Assembly: GCA_951406725.2 (NCBI GenBank)
Contig: OX597829.1
Span: forward strand, 46,996,001-47,060,000
Direction: 5' to 3'
DNA length: 64,000 nt
From: Octopus vulgaris
Lineage: Eukaryota
The position numbers and the translations under genes are program-made. The notes beneath the pieces are model-generated. The model saw only the letters and a list, made by a program, of their open reading frames with translations, was not told where the DNA came from and did not search any database. Position 1 is the stretch's first letter, and the number at the start of each line of letters is the position of its first letter. Positions 27,867-41,351 of this stretch are shown piece after piece.

Positions 27867-28098
27867 GGCGGCGAGCTGGCACAAACGTTAGCACGCCGGG
27901 CGAAATGCGTAGACTTATTTTGTCTGCCGTTACGTTCTGAGTTCAAATTCCGCCGAGGTCGACTTTCCCTTTCATCCTTTCGGGATCGATAAATTAGTAC
28001 CAGTTACGCACTGGGCGTCGATGTAATCGACTTAATCCTTTTGTCTGTCCTTGTTTGTCCCCTCTGTGTTTAGCCCCTTGTGGGTAGTAAAGAAATAT
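27867..28098 (+). mobile_element. SINE group C monomer
   Basis: Full head to tail GTAGTAAAGAAATA. Confidence 0.88.
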
Positions 28099-28101
28099 TA
28101 T

Positions 28102-28142
<41 letters not shown>

Positions 28143-28184
28143 GGTGGTGGTGGTGGTGGTGGTGGTGGTGGTGGTGGTGGTAGC

Positions 28185-28275
<91 letters not shown>

Positions 28276-28365
28276 ATGGTGGTGACGTCGGCGATAGCGT
28301 TATCGTTGGCGATGGCATCCGCGATGGCGACGGTGGTGGTGGTGGTGGTGGTGGTGGTGGTGATT
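28102..28365. repeat. (GTA)n/(GTG)n trinucleotide repeat
   Basis: Direct reading. Confidence 0.95.
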
Positions 28366-28919
28366 GTGGAGGAGGACATTTCTGATCTCGTTCCAACTAC
28401 GCTCAACCACTCTTGGACCCGACTGTGTCTTTTACTGGCTCATTTCCCTTTGCCTATGGTGGGTTTTTTTTTCCCAAAATTCCCGTCACTTAACCACCAC
28501 AACCAAGTAAACCCACACCTTAGTTCTCAGGGCGTCAACCTACTGCATTTCCGCGTTCCCCGTGTTTCACTTCATTCCAGCTTAAGCGAAACATTAATGA
28601 CATCGTCCTCACCTATCACAGTAGAACCTCGGAGGTCATCAACACAATTCCTATCCTCTGACATGGCAAGCATAACGGAAAGCGATAAGCAGCGATCGAT
28701 TGAAATTATGATCAAAGGTGTTCCACCTCTGCAATGGCGTCTTTATTCAGTTACAAATGTTTCTAGGACTGTGTTTGCTTAATGCGTCCTTGTTCGAAAT
28801 TATGGAGGGTGTGATTTGAGGAATACACACACTTGGGTTTATCTAGGTTATCGATCTTGTAGAGAAATACGAAAACAAACTATATAGCAAAAGCGAGTGG
28901 CGAATAATAATAATGCGAA

Positions 28920-29330
28920 AGAAGAGGAAGAATGAGAAGAAGAAGAAGAAGAAGAAGAAGAAAGAGGAGGAGGAGGAGGAGGAGGAGGAGAAGAACAAGA
29001 ACAAGAACAAGAACAAGAAGGAGGAGTAGGAGGAGGAAGAAGAAGGAGGAAGAAGAAGAAGAAGAAGAAGAAGAAGGAGAAGACGAAGAAGAAGGAGAAG
29101 AAGAAGGAGAAGACGAAGAAGAAGGAGAAGACGAAGAAGAAGAAGGAGAAGAAGAGGAAGTAGAAGAGGAAGAAGAAGAAGAAGAAGAAGAACAACAACA
29201 ACAACAACAAGAGGAGAAGGAGGAGGAGGAGGAAGAAGAAGAAGAAGAAGAAGAAGAAGAAGAAGAAGAAGAAGAAGAAGAAGAAGAAGAAGAAGAAGAA
29301 GAAGAAGAAGAAGAAGAAGAAGATGAAGAA
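28920..29330. repeat. (GAA)n/(GGA)n polypurine tract
   Basis: Direct reading. Confidence 0.95.
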
Positions 29331-30684
29331 CTAAGACTATGAAATTTATGAGAAAGAAAACAGAAATAAATGTAAAAAAACATAAATAAAAAATCAAGAA
29401 GAAAGAATAGAAAAGTGAAACGGAAAAGGAAGATGTACGGGAGGGAGAAAGACTATGGAAGATAAAGAGTGAATGAGAGATATATGTAGTAGGAAATACT
29501 GGTAAGGAGGAACAGAGAGAAGAAAGGAAGGACGGAGAAAAGAGAGATGCAAAAGGAAGTAGGTGAGAAAAGAGAGAGACCGGGAGAATAAGAGAAGGAA
29601 AGAAGGAAGAAGGAAAGGGAGATGCAAAAGGAAGTAGGTGAGAAAAGAGAGACCGGGAGAATAAGAGAAGGAAAGTAAAAGATTTTTGAAATAATAATAT
29701 TATTGAAACAGAAGCCAAGAAATAAAATGGAGTAAGACAATCAAACGACATTATAAAATGTATTTATAATATCGTAAATATATATTGAAATTATAGTTAT
29801 GTAAACAAGATAATATTTCAAAAATTTAGAGAAGAATAAACAGGCGAAAAGCAAAACAGGAAACATTGTGAGATGAAAGATAGAAATGAAAAGATAACGA
29901 ATATGTTTTTTTTCTTAATGGAGGCGGTGGTAATCATCGTTTATGGTGAAAAGCATTGTGACGGTCCTGGTGATGGTGATGGTTCTGTTGACGGTTCTGG
30001 AGATGGTAGTGATGGTGTCGTTTGTTATGCGGTTGTTACGGCTGGGTGAGAGCAGTGGTGGTGGTGGTGGTGGTGGTGATGGCATTGGTGGTGTTGTGTC
30101 GGGCAGAGTAGTGACAGATTTGGTAATAGTGAAAACGGTGGTGTACTGGGTTGCTGTGACGGAGCTGTAGTGGTTTTAGGCGATGGTATTGCAGTGGCGT
30201 TGACGATGGTGCCGACGGTTTCGTTGTTATTATTGGTGGTGGTGGTAGATGGCAGGTGGAACCATTGATGTTGGTCGTGACAGCCTATTGGTCATGGGGG
30301 TAGTAGTATTGGTCATGGCGTTTGTACAGGTGAGGTATTGCTTAAGGTAAGCATTGAGACGGAGTGGTGTTGATGGTAGTGGTGATGGTTGTGATAGTGG
30401 TGGTGATTGTGGTGGTGGTGGTGGTGATGGTGGTGGTGTATTTGGTGCTGGTGAGTTGTCGGTTCTAGTATACAATGCTTATTGTTCAACCATAGATCAG
30501 GCCTTATCGAGTAATGATCAACGTTATCCCAATTGTGGCTACCCTGAGGGATTTTGCCCAAAATTGCATGGCATCTTATGGACATATTAACCAATGTGTA
30601 ATTTTATAAGGTAAATTTTGATTCGAGAAACAATTTGTTTCTATTTCTAGCAAGTCAAACGACAGCACAGAGAGCCATCTTTTG

Positions 30685-31050
30685 TTGTTGATGGTGGTAG
30701 TGATGGTGGTGGTACTGGTGGCTGTGATGGTGGTTCAGTGGTGGTGGTGTTCGTCGTCGTCGTAGTAGTGGTTGTTGTTATGGCGGTGGTGGTGGTGGTG
30801 GTGGTTGTAGTGGTGGTGGTGGTGGTGGTGGTGGTAGTGTTGTTGTAGTGATGGTAGTGGTAGTCGTGGTGGTGGTCGTCGTCGTTGTCGTTCTGGTGGT
30901 GATTGTAGTAGTGTGGTGGTGGTAGTAGTAGTGTTGTTTGTGGTAGTGGTTGTAGCAGTGGTAGTGGTGGTGGTGGTGGTGGTGGTGGTGGTGGTACAGG
31001 GGTGTTGGGAATGGTGGCGGCATTGATGGCGGGAGTAGTAGTGGCAAGGT
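30685..31050. repeat. Degenerate (GTG/GTA)n tract
   Basis: Direct reading. Confidence 0.9.
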
Positions 31051-31548
31051 TGGTGCTTGTGGCGTGGGTGCGGCAACAGTTTTGCATAGCAGTGTACAAT
31101 GAATAACAAAAAAATAAAGAAAAACAAGCTAACAAACAAACAAACAAATAAAATGACTGGAAGATGTAAAATCAAGAAGAAAAAAAAAACAATAAAAGAA
31201 ATAATTAATTTAAACTTCGATCAGAAATGGAAAAAGATATTATTGTCTTTAAATTTAAGAATTAACGACAAAAATTAACTGAAATACGATTGAGCTGCTT
31301 TTTTTTTTTTTTTTTTTTTTTTTTATTTTTATTGCTTCTTTATATGCAAATATATGCAAATTTTCTATAGAGAAGATAAACGAAGTAAGACGCACATGAC
31401 GTTGTTATACAACAGTTTTCGCTTATAGAGATTTTCTGTAAGGCTTTCAGACTAAATGTCGAGTTCTGTTTGAGACTTATTCGGTGTGATCAACAAATTT
31501 TACAGACAGAACGAACGACTACATACGTACAAGCATACATGCATGCAT

Positions 31549-31599
<51 letters not shown>

Positions 31600-32538
31600 T
31601 AACACACCCTATCGAGCCTCCATATGTGTGTGTGTGTGTGTGTGTATGTGTGTACTTAGATACGCAGATAAATAGACAGGTCTTGAATGTTTTCTTTATT
31701 AGTGATTGTCTGTTTGGTTGGATGTGTGTGTGTCTGTCTGTATGTCTACATATGTGTCTTGGAGGCGTTCTTTCTGTAACTTATAAGTATTCCTGATCTT
31801 GAAATTCTACGGCGGACTGCTTGATTTACGTTTTCTAATCCGCGATTTATAACTCATGTGAATAGTAAATATGTTGCAGACATGAACGGCATAGCTATAT
31901 GACTTTAATCTCGGCTAATCACTTTTCTTACCGATGTCCAGAATTTATTGGTTATGTGTATCAACTCGGAGTTCTAATCCTATAAGAAGCCATTTACTTT
32001 TTGTTTTTCTTAATCCAATTATGGCGACGAATTGGTTTTATGGTAGCGAATTTGCAGAGTCGTTTGAGCGCCGGATCGATTGCCTCGTAGTATTCCGACT
32101 GTTCGCGTTCTAGCTTCATATTCCCGACAGAGGTCAACTTTGATTTTATCCTTTCGTAATCGATGAAAAGAATAAATATCAATCCAATGTAGTGGATTGG
32201 TAAAACTATAAGAACTCAGAATGGGATGCATTGCAGTATTTGTTTTGGCCCTTTACGTTCAGAGTTCAAATCCTATCATAGCCTTCCTTCAAAGGAGGTA
32301 AACTTCATCTATTTTGGTACCACTGCCTAGCAACTTGCGTACCTTTAGCGGACTACATTTGAGGCAAACTTTCGAGTTAGGTCTCTGGTTTGAAGAAAAT
32401 TTTCTCTCTTCTTCTCACCAGTTTAGTAAGTCCCTGGAAATGTCATGGGCACCGGCATTCGTCCAGATCTTAATAATTCAACAAATATCAAATATCTTAT
32501 GCTAAAGAATTAATTCTAATAATTTACAAATATATGCA

Positions 32539-32702
32539 CAGGCGCAGGCGTGTCTCAGTAGTTAGAAGCTTGCTTCCCAACCGCATCGTTCCGGGTTCAG
32601 TCCCACTGCGTGACACTTTGGGCAGGTGTCTTATACTGTAGCCTCGGGACGACTAAAGCCTTGTGAGTGGATTTAGTAGATGGAAACTGGAAGAAGCCTG
32701 TC

Positions 32703-32741
<39 letters not shown>

Positions 32742-32970
32742 TTTATGTGTCTTTGAGTGTGTGTTTTGCCCCACGACCACCATCGCGTGACAACCGATGT
32801 TTGTTTGTTTACGTCCCCATAACATAGCAGTTCAGCAAAAGAGACCGATAGAATAAGTACTAGGCTTACAAAGAATAAGTCCTGAAGTCGATTTCTTCAG
32901 CTAAAAGAACCCTTTAAGGTGGTGTTCCAGTATGGCCGCAGTCAAATGATTAAAACATGTGAAAGAGTAA
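32539..32970 (+). mobile_element. SINE group B
   Basis: Full-length homolog. Confidence 0.85.
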
Positions 32971-33018
32971 ATGGGTATTTTTTGCGTTGGCCAAATTCTA
33001 AGAGGTATCGGTTTATTG

Positions 33019-33358
33019 AAGGCGCATGGCTCAGTGGTTAGAGCGTCGAGCTTACGATCGTGAGGTTGTGAGCTCGAATCCCGGACCGGGCTGCGTGTTG
33101 TGTTCTTGAGCAAGACACTTTATTTCACGTTGCTCCAGTTCACTCAGCTGTAGAAATTGAGTTGCGACGTCACAGGTGCCAAGCTGTATCGGCCCCTTTG
33201 CCTTTCCCTTGGACAACATCGGTGACGTGGAGAGGGGAGGCCGGTATGCATGGGCGACTGCTGGTCTTCCATGAAAACAACCTTGCCCAGACTTGTGCCT
33301 CAGAGAGTAACTCTCTAGGTGCAAACCCATGGTCAGTGTCTGACCGAAGGGGGTCATC
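33019..33358 (+). mobile_element. SINE group A (body 2, tail 3)
   Basis: A/B boxes; TSD ATCGGTTTATTG. Confidence 0.85.
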
Positions 33359-34444
33359 ATCGGTTTATTGTTAAAAAAAATGAAATGGCTGGTAAAGTTT
33401 GGAACGAAATATAGTTTAATGCTACGGGCTGATGGGCTCCTTGGATATGTGAAAAGAATGAAATGGCTGTCGAACCATGATATCAGTAATTAGTCAGATC
33501 TCTTTGCGGTATGAGCTCAAAACTCGGAAAGGGTGACCGTCTTTTATCACTAATGCTGATACCGATTCAATCGACCACACGAAACCTCTGTCCTCGTAAG
33601 AAAGGAATGAAATCGATTGCCGAGTGACCTTCCTCATGGCAGCGTTATGTGTATGTGAACTGCATATATCTGATGAGTGCTTGGTTAGTGTGAAGTATTG
33701 ATCTTAAATATTTCAATTCTTTATTGAACAATGCAGCGAGAAGCCATTTAAAATCATCTCACTTTGAACCACTGTACGAATACGCGTTTCTGAATGTTGC
33801 TGTAACGATCTAAGGAAATTACTAAACATTACTATGGTTGCTTGTCTACATTCTATCTCAATAAAGCATTCTAGGCAAACTGGTTGCTGTGTACCAGTTT
33901 GCTAATATTAGCAGCTTTTACTTCCAAATTAGCGCAAGTATCAATCTCGCTCAAAATATTCGTGGTTATTTTCTACAAGTATTGATCTACGAGACAGCAT
34001 CAATTTTTGTTACATAATGTATATTATGTCTGCCAGATAAAGACTAAGTTGAGATTGAGGAAGTATAGATTACATCATACTAATTTTGAATGTAATAAAC
34101 CTTAATGATAAATGAAATTTTCTATTAGTTTTGACTGATCGTATAAAGCGAACAGAATGAATAAATAAATGTACCCACCAAACCAAGAAATATACACACA
34201 AATCGCCAGAGATGCAAACTGTTAGCTCACCTAACGCACATACACACACATACACACATGCACACACACATAACTGACCTTCTTTGTATTCTGCTGGTGT
34301 CAGTGATTGGACTGCGGCCATACTATAATACTGTCTTAATGAGGTCATTTAGTCGATTATATCACGTCCAGCAACAGATACTTATTTTGTCATCATCTCT
34401 AGTTATTGAATGGCTAAGTCTATCATTATCTTAAAATCTACTTG

Positions 34445-34882
34445 AGGCGCAAGAGTGGCTGTGTGGTAAGTAGCTTGCTTACCAACCAACCACATGGTTC
34501 CGGGTTCAGTCCCACTGCGTGGCACCTTGGGCAAGTGTCTTCTACTATAGCCTCGGGCCGACCAAAGCTTTGTGAGTGGATTTGGTGGACGGAAACTGAA
34601 AGAAGCCCGTCGTATATACGTATATATATATATGTGTGTGTGTGTATGTATATGTGTGTGTATATTTGTGTGTCTGTGTTTGTCCGACCAACACCGCTTG
34701 ACAACCGATGCTGGTGTGTTTACGTCCCCGTAACTTAGCGGTTCGGTAAAAGTGACCGATAGATTAAGTACTAGGCTTACAAAGAATAAGTCCTGGGGTC
34801 GATTTGATCGACTAAAGGCGGTGCTCCAGCATGGCCGCAGTCAAATGACTGAAACAAGTAAAAGAGTAAAAGAGTAAAGAGA
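34445..34882 (+). mobile_element. SINE group B
   Basis: Full-length homolog. Confidence 0.9.
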
Positions 34883-35121
34883 GATGAATGGGGCTGGATG
34901 AAGTTTCGACATAGATAAGCGGGATCGATCATGCCAAACCTAGAGGGTGTTAAAGAATTTACAAACGCAATATCTTGTCACTTCTAAATAAGATATTGGT
35001 CACTTGGCATTTAGAATATCGTCAGGTACTCACCACCCTCTACCAATAAACTGAATCAGGGATCGAGATTGACCGATTCTGATCGGGTGTCAGGATCGGT
35101 TGATCTCGATCTCAGACTCCC

Positions 35122-35448
35122 GATGGCACTCCGTCGAATGCGACGACGAGTGCTCCATTTGATCCGATAAAGGGACAGCCTGCTCGTGAAGATACCGTGC
35201 AGGTGGTTGAGCACTCCACAAACACGCATACCTTCAACGCAATTCTCTGGGAGATTCAGTATGACACAGAATGTGACAAGGCTGGCCCCTTTGAATTACA
35301 GGTACAACTAGTTTTTGTCAGCTAAGTGGACAGGAGCAATGTCAAATAAATTGTCTTGCTCAAGGACACTACTCATCGCCGGGAATCGAACTCACGGCCT
35401 TATGATCATAAGACGATTACCTTAACCACTAAGCCATGCGCCTTCACC
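35122..35448 (-). mobile_element. SINE group A (body 2, tail 1)
   Basis: Reverse-complement head GAAGGCGCATGGCTTAGTGG; tail homologous to 46960-47138. Confidence 0.8.
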
Positions 35449-35599
35449 CGACACTCAATACCCTTTGTGAATTGACATGGAATACTGGCGGGAAAGAGAA
35501 ACAATGTTTTCAGGGAATTCTTGGGTGTCGACGAAAACGAAATGGATAGTCTGTTCAGAAGAGTTCGTGCTCGTACTCTTGGTGTTGTTCTGTAACTGT

Positions 35600-35905
35600 C
35601 GTAAATTAGCGACTCTCCCCTATCAGGAGGACTACATCATTCCTTAATCTACACATTTTATAGTCTTTGAATATTTTTTACCTCATCTCTTCTTTATCTT
35701 CTTTACGTAAGTCCCCACATAAACTCTAGACAGTCCTTCTAATGTACCTCACATCAAACAACTCTGATGCAAATATATCTTTTCAAGTTCTTTGTCACCT
35801 GATCCTACATCCTCAGGTACGGTAATATCTATGATCTTGGTTTCATTCATCATTTAATCGACTGCAACAATGTCTGGTCTCCGATCATCAATAACTGAAT
35901 CACCC
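35600..35905 (-). mobile_element. Highly decayed R4/Dong-type RLE fragment
   Basis: Manual translation DSVIDDRRPDIVAVD*MMNETKIIDITVPEDVGSGDKELEKI. Confidence 0.65.
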
Positions 35906-36489
35906 TAATTGCAGCGCCCCGCTATTGGGCATTCTAATTATTTATTTGTTTATATCTCTAATTCTTTTTATATACACTCTGTTATATCCTTTAATGTAGT
36001 AGTATCTCACTTTGATCGACGTAACCTCCACCTGTTTTTTCATTTTTTTTGTTTTTGTTTTGCTTTCATGTGCTATAACTCGCCCATATTTTGGGCCCTT
36101 GTAGCCAATAAAAGAAACACTTATTATGATTATTATTATTATTATTATTATATTTGAAGGTGCGTGGTTCAGCGGTTAGGATGTTGGACTCATAATCGTA
36201 AGATTGTGGTTTCGAATCCTGGAGCGGGTGTCGCGTTGTGTTCTTGTGCAAAACATTATATTTCACGTTGCTCCTAAAAGAGCAGGTTGAAAAAATCGTT
36301 AGCACGCCGGGCAAAATGCTTAGCGACATTTTGTCCGTCCTTACGTTTTCAGTCGAAATTCCACCAAGGTCGACTTTGCCTTTCATCATTTCGGTTTCGA
36401 TAAACCAAGTACCAGTGAATCACTGGAAATCCATCTAATCGACCGGTCCACTTCCCCAAAATTTCAGACCTTATGCCTATAGTAGAAAA

Positions 36490-37606
36490 TATAATTATTT
36501 TCTCCTTATTCCAGGGTTTGTTGGAGCTCCTGGAGTCTTGCATGCGTAGCGGGATTACTACCTGCAGCTTGCGGTACCATGCTATTCGTTCTTTTCAACT
36601 ATCTAATACTTTCCTGATTATTCTAACCGTGCCAAGGGGGCAAACCTTTTGTAAAAGATCTACTGGGCGCTCTATTCCTATTTCCTTTATATTCCACTTG
36701 ATGCCTTCTGATACTGTTCCCAAGGACCTGGCAATAATTGACGCTATCTTCACCTTCATTTTCCATACCCAGCCTATTTCATACTTAAAAGGGTTGTATC
36801 TATCTATCTTTGCGCCTTCCTTCTTGACTATTCATGGGTCAAAGAGGCATGCAGCATCAACTACATAGCATATGTGATGCACCTTGTCCGCCACTACTAG
36901 GTCCGGTTTATTATGCTCTAGCACCTGATCTGTTTGGATTGGGAAATCCCAAAGGATTTTGCTAGTCTCCGACTCTGTCACTCTCTGCGAATTGTACTCA
37001 GACCATGTCTTGCCTCTCTCTAGCCCCAACTTTTCGCAGTTACCTTGTAGCACTTTCGATACTTGGTCGTGTCGCCACAACTTGTAGTGGTTTTGGACAA
37101 GTCTAAGGCATTCATTCATAATATAGGCAATGGTTTCATCCACTCTATTACAGATGCGGCACAGCAGAGACACTTGCTCATTCCTCAGGTTAACCCTCCA
37201 TTTCGTGGCCAAAGTTTGGTCTTGCGCTGCAGTATAGTGCTCTCGGTCTCTTTTTTAGTGTCCTTTCTTCAGCGAATCCCACCTGGTTTTTCCAGCAAAT
37301 TCTGTTGTGACTACATGGTATTGATTGTGTAGTCCCTTCTTGCGTAACTCGTCTTCATGTCCTTTTTGTACTTCTTTCTTCGTTTTTCCATTATTCTCTG
37401 CTTTCAATATTCCCTCGTTCCTAACTCTCACTAGCAAGGTTTCCTTACTTTGGGTTAGATATGTCATTAAACTCTCGAGTTCGATACGCACGCAGTATTC
37501 CACACTTATCAGTCCCCTTCCTCCATTTGCTCTCTTCATGTATAGGCGATCAGTGTCTGCACGTGGATTATGGACTCCATACATCGTTAGGAACTTTCTT
37601 GACTTC
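36490..37606 (-). mobile_element. 5'-truncated R4/Dong-type non-LTR retrotransposon (RT C-terminus, CCHC-like knuckle, RLE), decayed
   Basis: RLYMKRANGGRGLISVE; CRICNRVDETIAYIMNEC; RHDQV; ILWDFPIQTD..KPDLVVADK; LLQKVCPLGTVRIIRKVLDS* at 36595; (TTA)n at the 5' junction. Confidence 0.9.
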
Positions 37607-37607
37607 C

Positions 37608-37640
<33 letters not shown>

Positions 37641-37641
37641 C

Positions 37642-38150
37642 ATTGAGTGAGAGAGCAGTGCATGCCATCAAAGTGACACTGGGGTAAAATATACAAAGCC
37701 CAGTATACCCATCATGATTACCCGTCTGATAAGGGTACACCAGGCACATGCATCACAACCATATGTGCGCAACATGGTGATCTCATATCAAGATAAACAG
37801 CACATGACCTTGCAGGTGGGGCCCAGTTAGAATTTTCTTCAGGTTGAGTAGCCCATCCCGCTCAAAAGGTCCCTGAATAAGGGTTGCTTTAGGATGTTGA
37901 ACGAAACACCCATGTTTCCAGAGGTGAATTATTCAAACCCCAAAGAATCCCTCTCAACACATGGCTATTATGCTCCTCCACTACTTCTGCTCGTGCTCAG
38001 AGATGCACATATTGTCAGCCACTAGGGGACATGTTCAACTGGTTAAGGTCAAACAACTGACAAGCAAATCTGTGGTATTGAGCAGAATATTTGCTGTAAC
38101 CCATCTTTTATACCAAGACAAAAACAATGTACTGCCAATCATTTAAGATC
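37642..38150 (-). repeat. Probable retroposon 3' UTR-like segment between (TAA)n tracts, unclassified
   Basis: ~510-bp complex sequence bounded by (TTA)n on both sides; no credible ORF; strand inferred from the tail. Confidence 0.35.
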
Positions 38151-38151
38151 A

Positions 38152-38242
<91 letters not shown>

Positions 38243-38313
38243 TTAATATTAATATTATTATTATTACTATTATTATTATTATTATTATTGTTGTTGTTGT
38301 TGTCGTCGTCATT

Positions 38314-38345
<32 letters not shown>

Positions 38346-38347
38346 TA

Positions 38348-38378
<31 letters not shown>

Positions 38379-38385
38379 TATTATA
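38152..38385. repeat. (TTA)n(TTG)n(TCA)n compound repeat
   Basis: Direct reading. Confidence 0.95.
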
Positions 38386-38864
38386 AAGACATTTACAGAC
38401 CGAGAATCAACATTTAAAAATTAAAAAAAAAGAATTTCAGAAACAAAACACGATGCCAAACTAAAGCTCCGTAATTAATACGGTTGTTTATTTATTTGTT
38501 ATTTTACTTGTTGCTATTACCATCACCATCACCACCACCACCACCACCACCACCACCATAACCCTACCACCGCCATTTCTTCCAACTTCACACACCCCCC
38601 CACTCCCCACTCCCCGCAAAACAAAAAAAAAAACAGAAAGAGAAATATAAAGATTGCATTATTATTATTTCTAAAGGCTTGCTTTTATCAACAAACTTTT
38701 TTTTTTTTCAACATTGCATTTTTGAATTAAAGATTTGTTCGATTCAACCAAAATTAATTAATTTCAGTTGAAACATCAAGTCATTAAGAAGGTTTCTATT
38801 TTTGTTTGAATTTATCTTTTTTTAAAATCTTGCTCCTAGTTTTGACGTGTTTAGGTGAATGTGC

Positions 38865-39352
38865 ATATGTGTTTGCGTGTGTGTTTGTGTGTGTGTGTGT
38901 CTGTGTATTTGTGTGTGTGTATTTGTGTGTGTGTGTGTGTGTGTGTGTCTGTGTGTGTGTGTGTGTCTGTGTATTTGTGTGTGCGTGTGTGCTTGTGTGT
39001 GTGTGTGTCTGTGTATTTGTGTGTGTGTACGTATGTGTGTGTCTGTGTATTGTGTGTGTGTTTGTGTGTGTGTGGCTGTGTGTGTCTGTGTATTTGTGTG
39101 TGTGTCTGTGTGTGTGTCTGTGTATTTATGTGTGTGTACGTGTGTGTGTGTGTGTTTGTGTGTGTCTGTGTATTTGTGTGTGTGTCTGTGTGTCTGTGTA
39201 TTGTATGTATGTGTACGTGTGTGTGTCTGTGTATTTGTGTGTGTGTGTGTGTCTGTGTATTTGTGTGTTTGTGTGTGTGTAAGCGTGTGTGTGTGTGTAA
39301 GCGTGTGTGTGTGTGTGTGAGTCAGTTTTTATTTGCGACTGTGTTTGTCCCT

Positions 39353-39396
<44 letters not shown>

Positions 39397-39712
39397 GTCC
39401 GTTTGTTTGTCCGTGTCAGCGCGTGTGCATCTGTTTGCGTGCGTGTGTAGGTGTGCGCGCGTGTGTGCGTGAAAGAGAGAGAGAGAGAGAGTGAGTGAGA
39501 GAGAGAGAGTGAGTGAGAGAGAGAGAGTGAGTGAGAGAGAGAGAGAGAGTGAGAGAGAGAGAGTGAGTGAGAGAGAGAGAGAGTGAGTGAGAGAGAGAGA
39601 GTGAGTGAGAGAGAGAGAGTGAGTGAGAGAGAGAGAGTGAGTGAGAGAGAGAGAGTGAGTGAGAGAGAGAGAGTGAGTGAGAGAGAGAGAGTGAGTGAGA
39701 GAGAGAGAGAGC
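38865..39712. repeat. (TG)n-derived tract, (CT)n, and an ~18-bp GA-derived minisatellite (GAGTGAGT(GA)5)
   Basis: Direct reading. Confidence 0.9.
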
Positions 39713-40273
39713 GAGAGCCAATAAACGTATAGAGACTAGAGAAACTGAACCACTTCATAGCATAATCTAAATAAATAAATACATAAATAAATAATGGCGT
39801 CTGCGTTACTTACAATAGATTTAAATCACAAGACAAATGACACATTGCCTGTTCGACTCTCTTCAAATGATAGTTTAGACTAAACATTTACGGTTGAAAA
39901 TATAGCTTCCGCCTAATTTATTGATAGCTTGTTTCCACCTACCTATATTTACACTGTAATGACATTTTCCTCCTTCCAGCAACATACAATAAGTACTTCT
40001 AAAATATTGTTCATTTTTATCGCATGCAAATTTGAAATATTTAACAAACATACCTGCGTTGCCATAGATATCTGCCAACGAGGAGTCTCCTAACGGTAGA
40101 TAAGACAAGGCAGAAATAGCAGTCAAATCTCTCAATTCACAATTTACTGATTTATGTATGTAGAAGTCAATATATAAGCTGCCAAATTTCTCTCAATATA
40201 TCACAGTGTCTTATGTATACATGCGCCAACGATAGGGAAAAAACTTTTTTGTGACAGACCTATTACAATTAGC

Positions 40274-40691
40274 GGATCTTTTCGGTTAAACGGCAGTTTT
40301 TTTTTAAATAATTTCCACGTAACTAAACATTTTTAAACTTCGTATACTGGTAGAATGTGTCTATAAAACATCTTTTTCTCTTGGCTTTATTGAGAAAATT
40401 CTATAATTTGTAAGATATTTGTTATTTTTTTCTTCAATTTCTGCAATTTCAACCAATCAATGACGTCTATTGAGGTAAAAAACATTATGTGCCGTATGAA
40501 TATTCCATCGTTTAAGAAACAGATTGGGTTTATTTATATTTGTGAAGAAAAAAAAGATACCCTTCCCCCCAACCCTAACCCTAACCCTTAAACAGATTGA
40601 AATGCAATAGATCGATACTAGGGTCATAATTATGGGTGACAATTTCATATGACACCGCTAGAAAAAACTGCCGTCCAAACCGAAAAGATCC
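40274..40691. mobile_element. MITE with GG termini and 8-bp TSD (Merlin- or hAT-like), containing (CCCTAA)n
   Basis: TIRs GGATCTTTTCGGTT..ACGGCAGTTTTTT; TSD CAATTAGC/CAAATAGC. Confidence 0.85.
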
Positions 40692-41351
40692 CAAATAGCA
40701 GCCAATCAACCTCAAATTACACCCTGCTGTTCTGATTATATATACATATACATATATTCAGAATTAGGGAACATATGTTCCAGAGCTAGCGGAACCTCGG
40801 AAGTAGTAATTATCCAAACGAGGGTTAGACCTGAAGCTAAGATATTATGATTATATGAAGTTTACATTGTCGTTGGGAGATCCCTTGTGAACTTGTGGAG
40901 GATTCGAACGCATTTCGATCAAATCCCCTGCGTTTTGATCGTATCTACGAGTTAATACGGGATCTCCTTACGAGGATGTAAACTTCATATAATGAATGTA
41001 TTCTTAGCGTGAAGTGCAGCTTGCGATCTGCCCCTCATTTGGATAATTTACTACTTCTGAAGTTCTGCTAGCTATCAAACATAAGTAACCTGGATTTTTT
41101 CTACTCCATTCCCTAAATTTAGATTTTTATTCTCATACACAGCAATCCCTGTTGCTAACTACGAACTATAGAATAACTTTTTTCAGCTTATTGAACTTCA
41201 ATATAGCAAAAATTTAGAACCTTCTACGTCAATAAACCACTATTGTTCCTGAAAGCTGTTTTTATACCATCTAGGGACTGCTTGAAGTTTACTAAGTTCT
41301 TACGCCGCCATCCCTGAATCTTACCTTTACATATATTTAAATATATACATA

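Noticed and set aside
28051-31175. Poly-V/S/G/E/L/T ORFs up to 302 aa
   Set aside because: Trinucleotide repeats open in several frames on both strands; no splice or domain evidence
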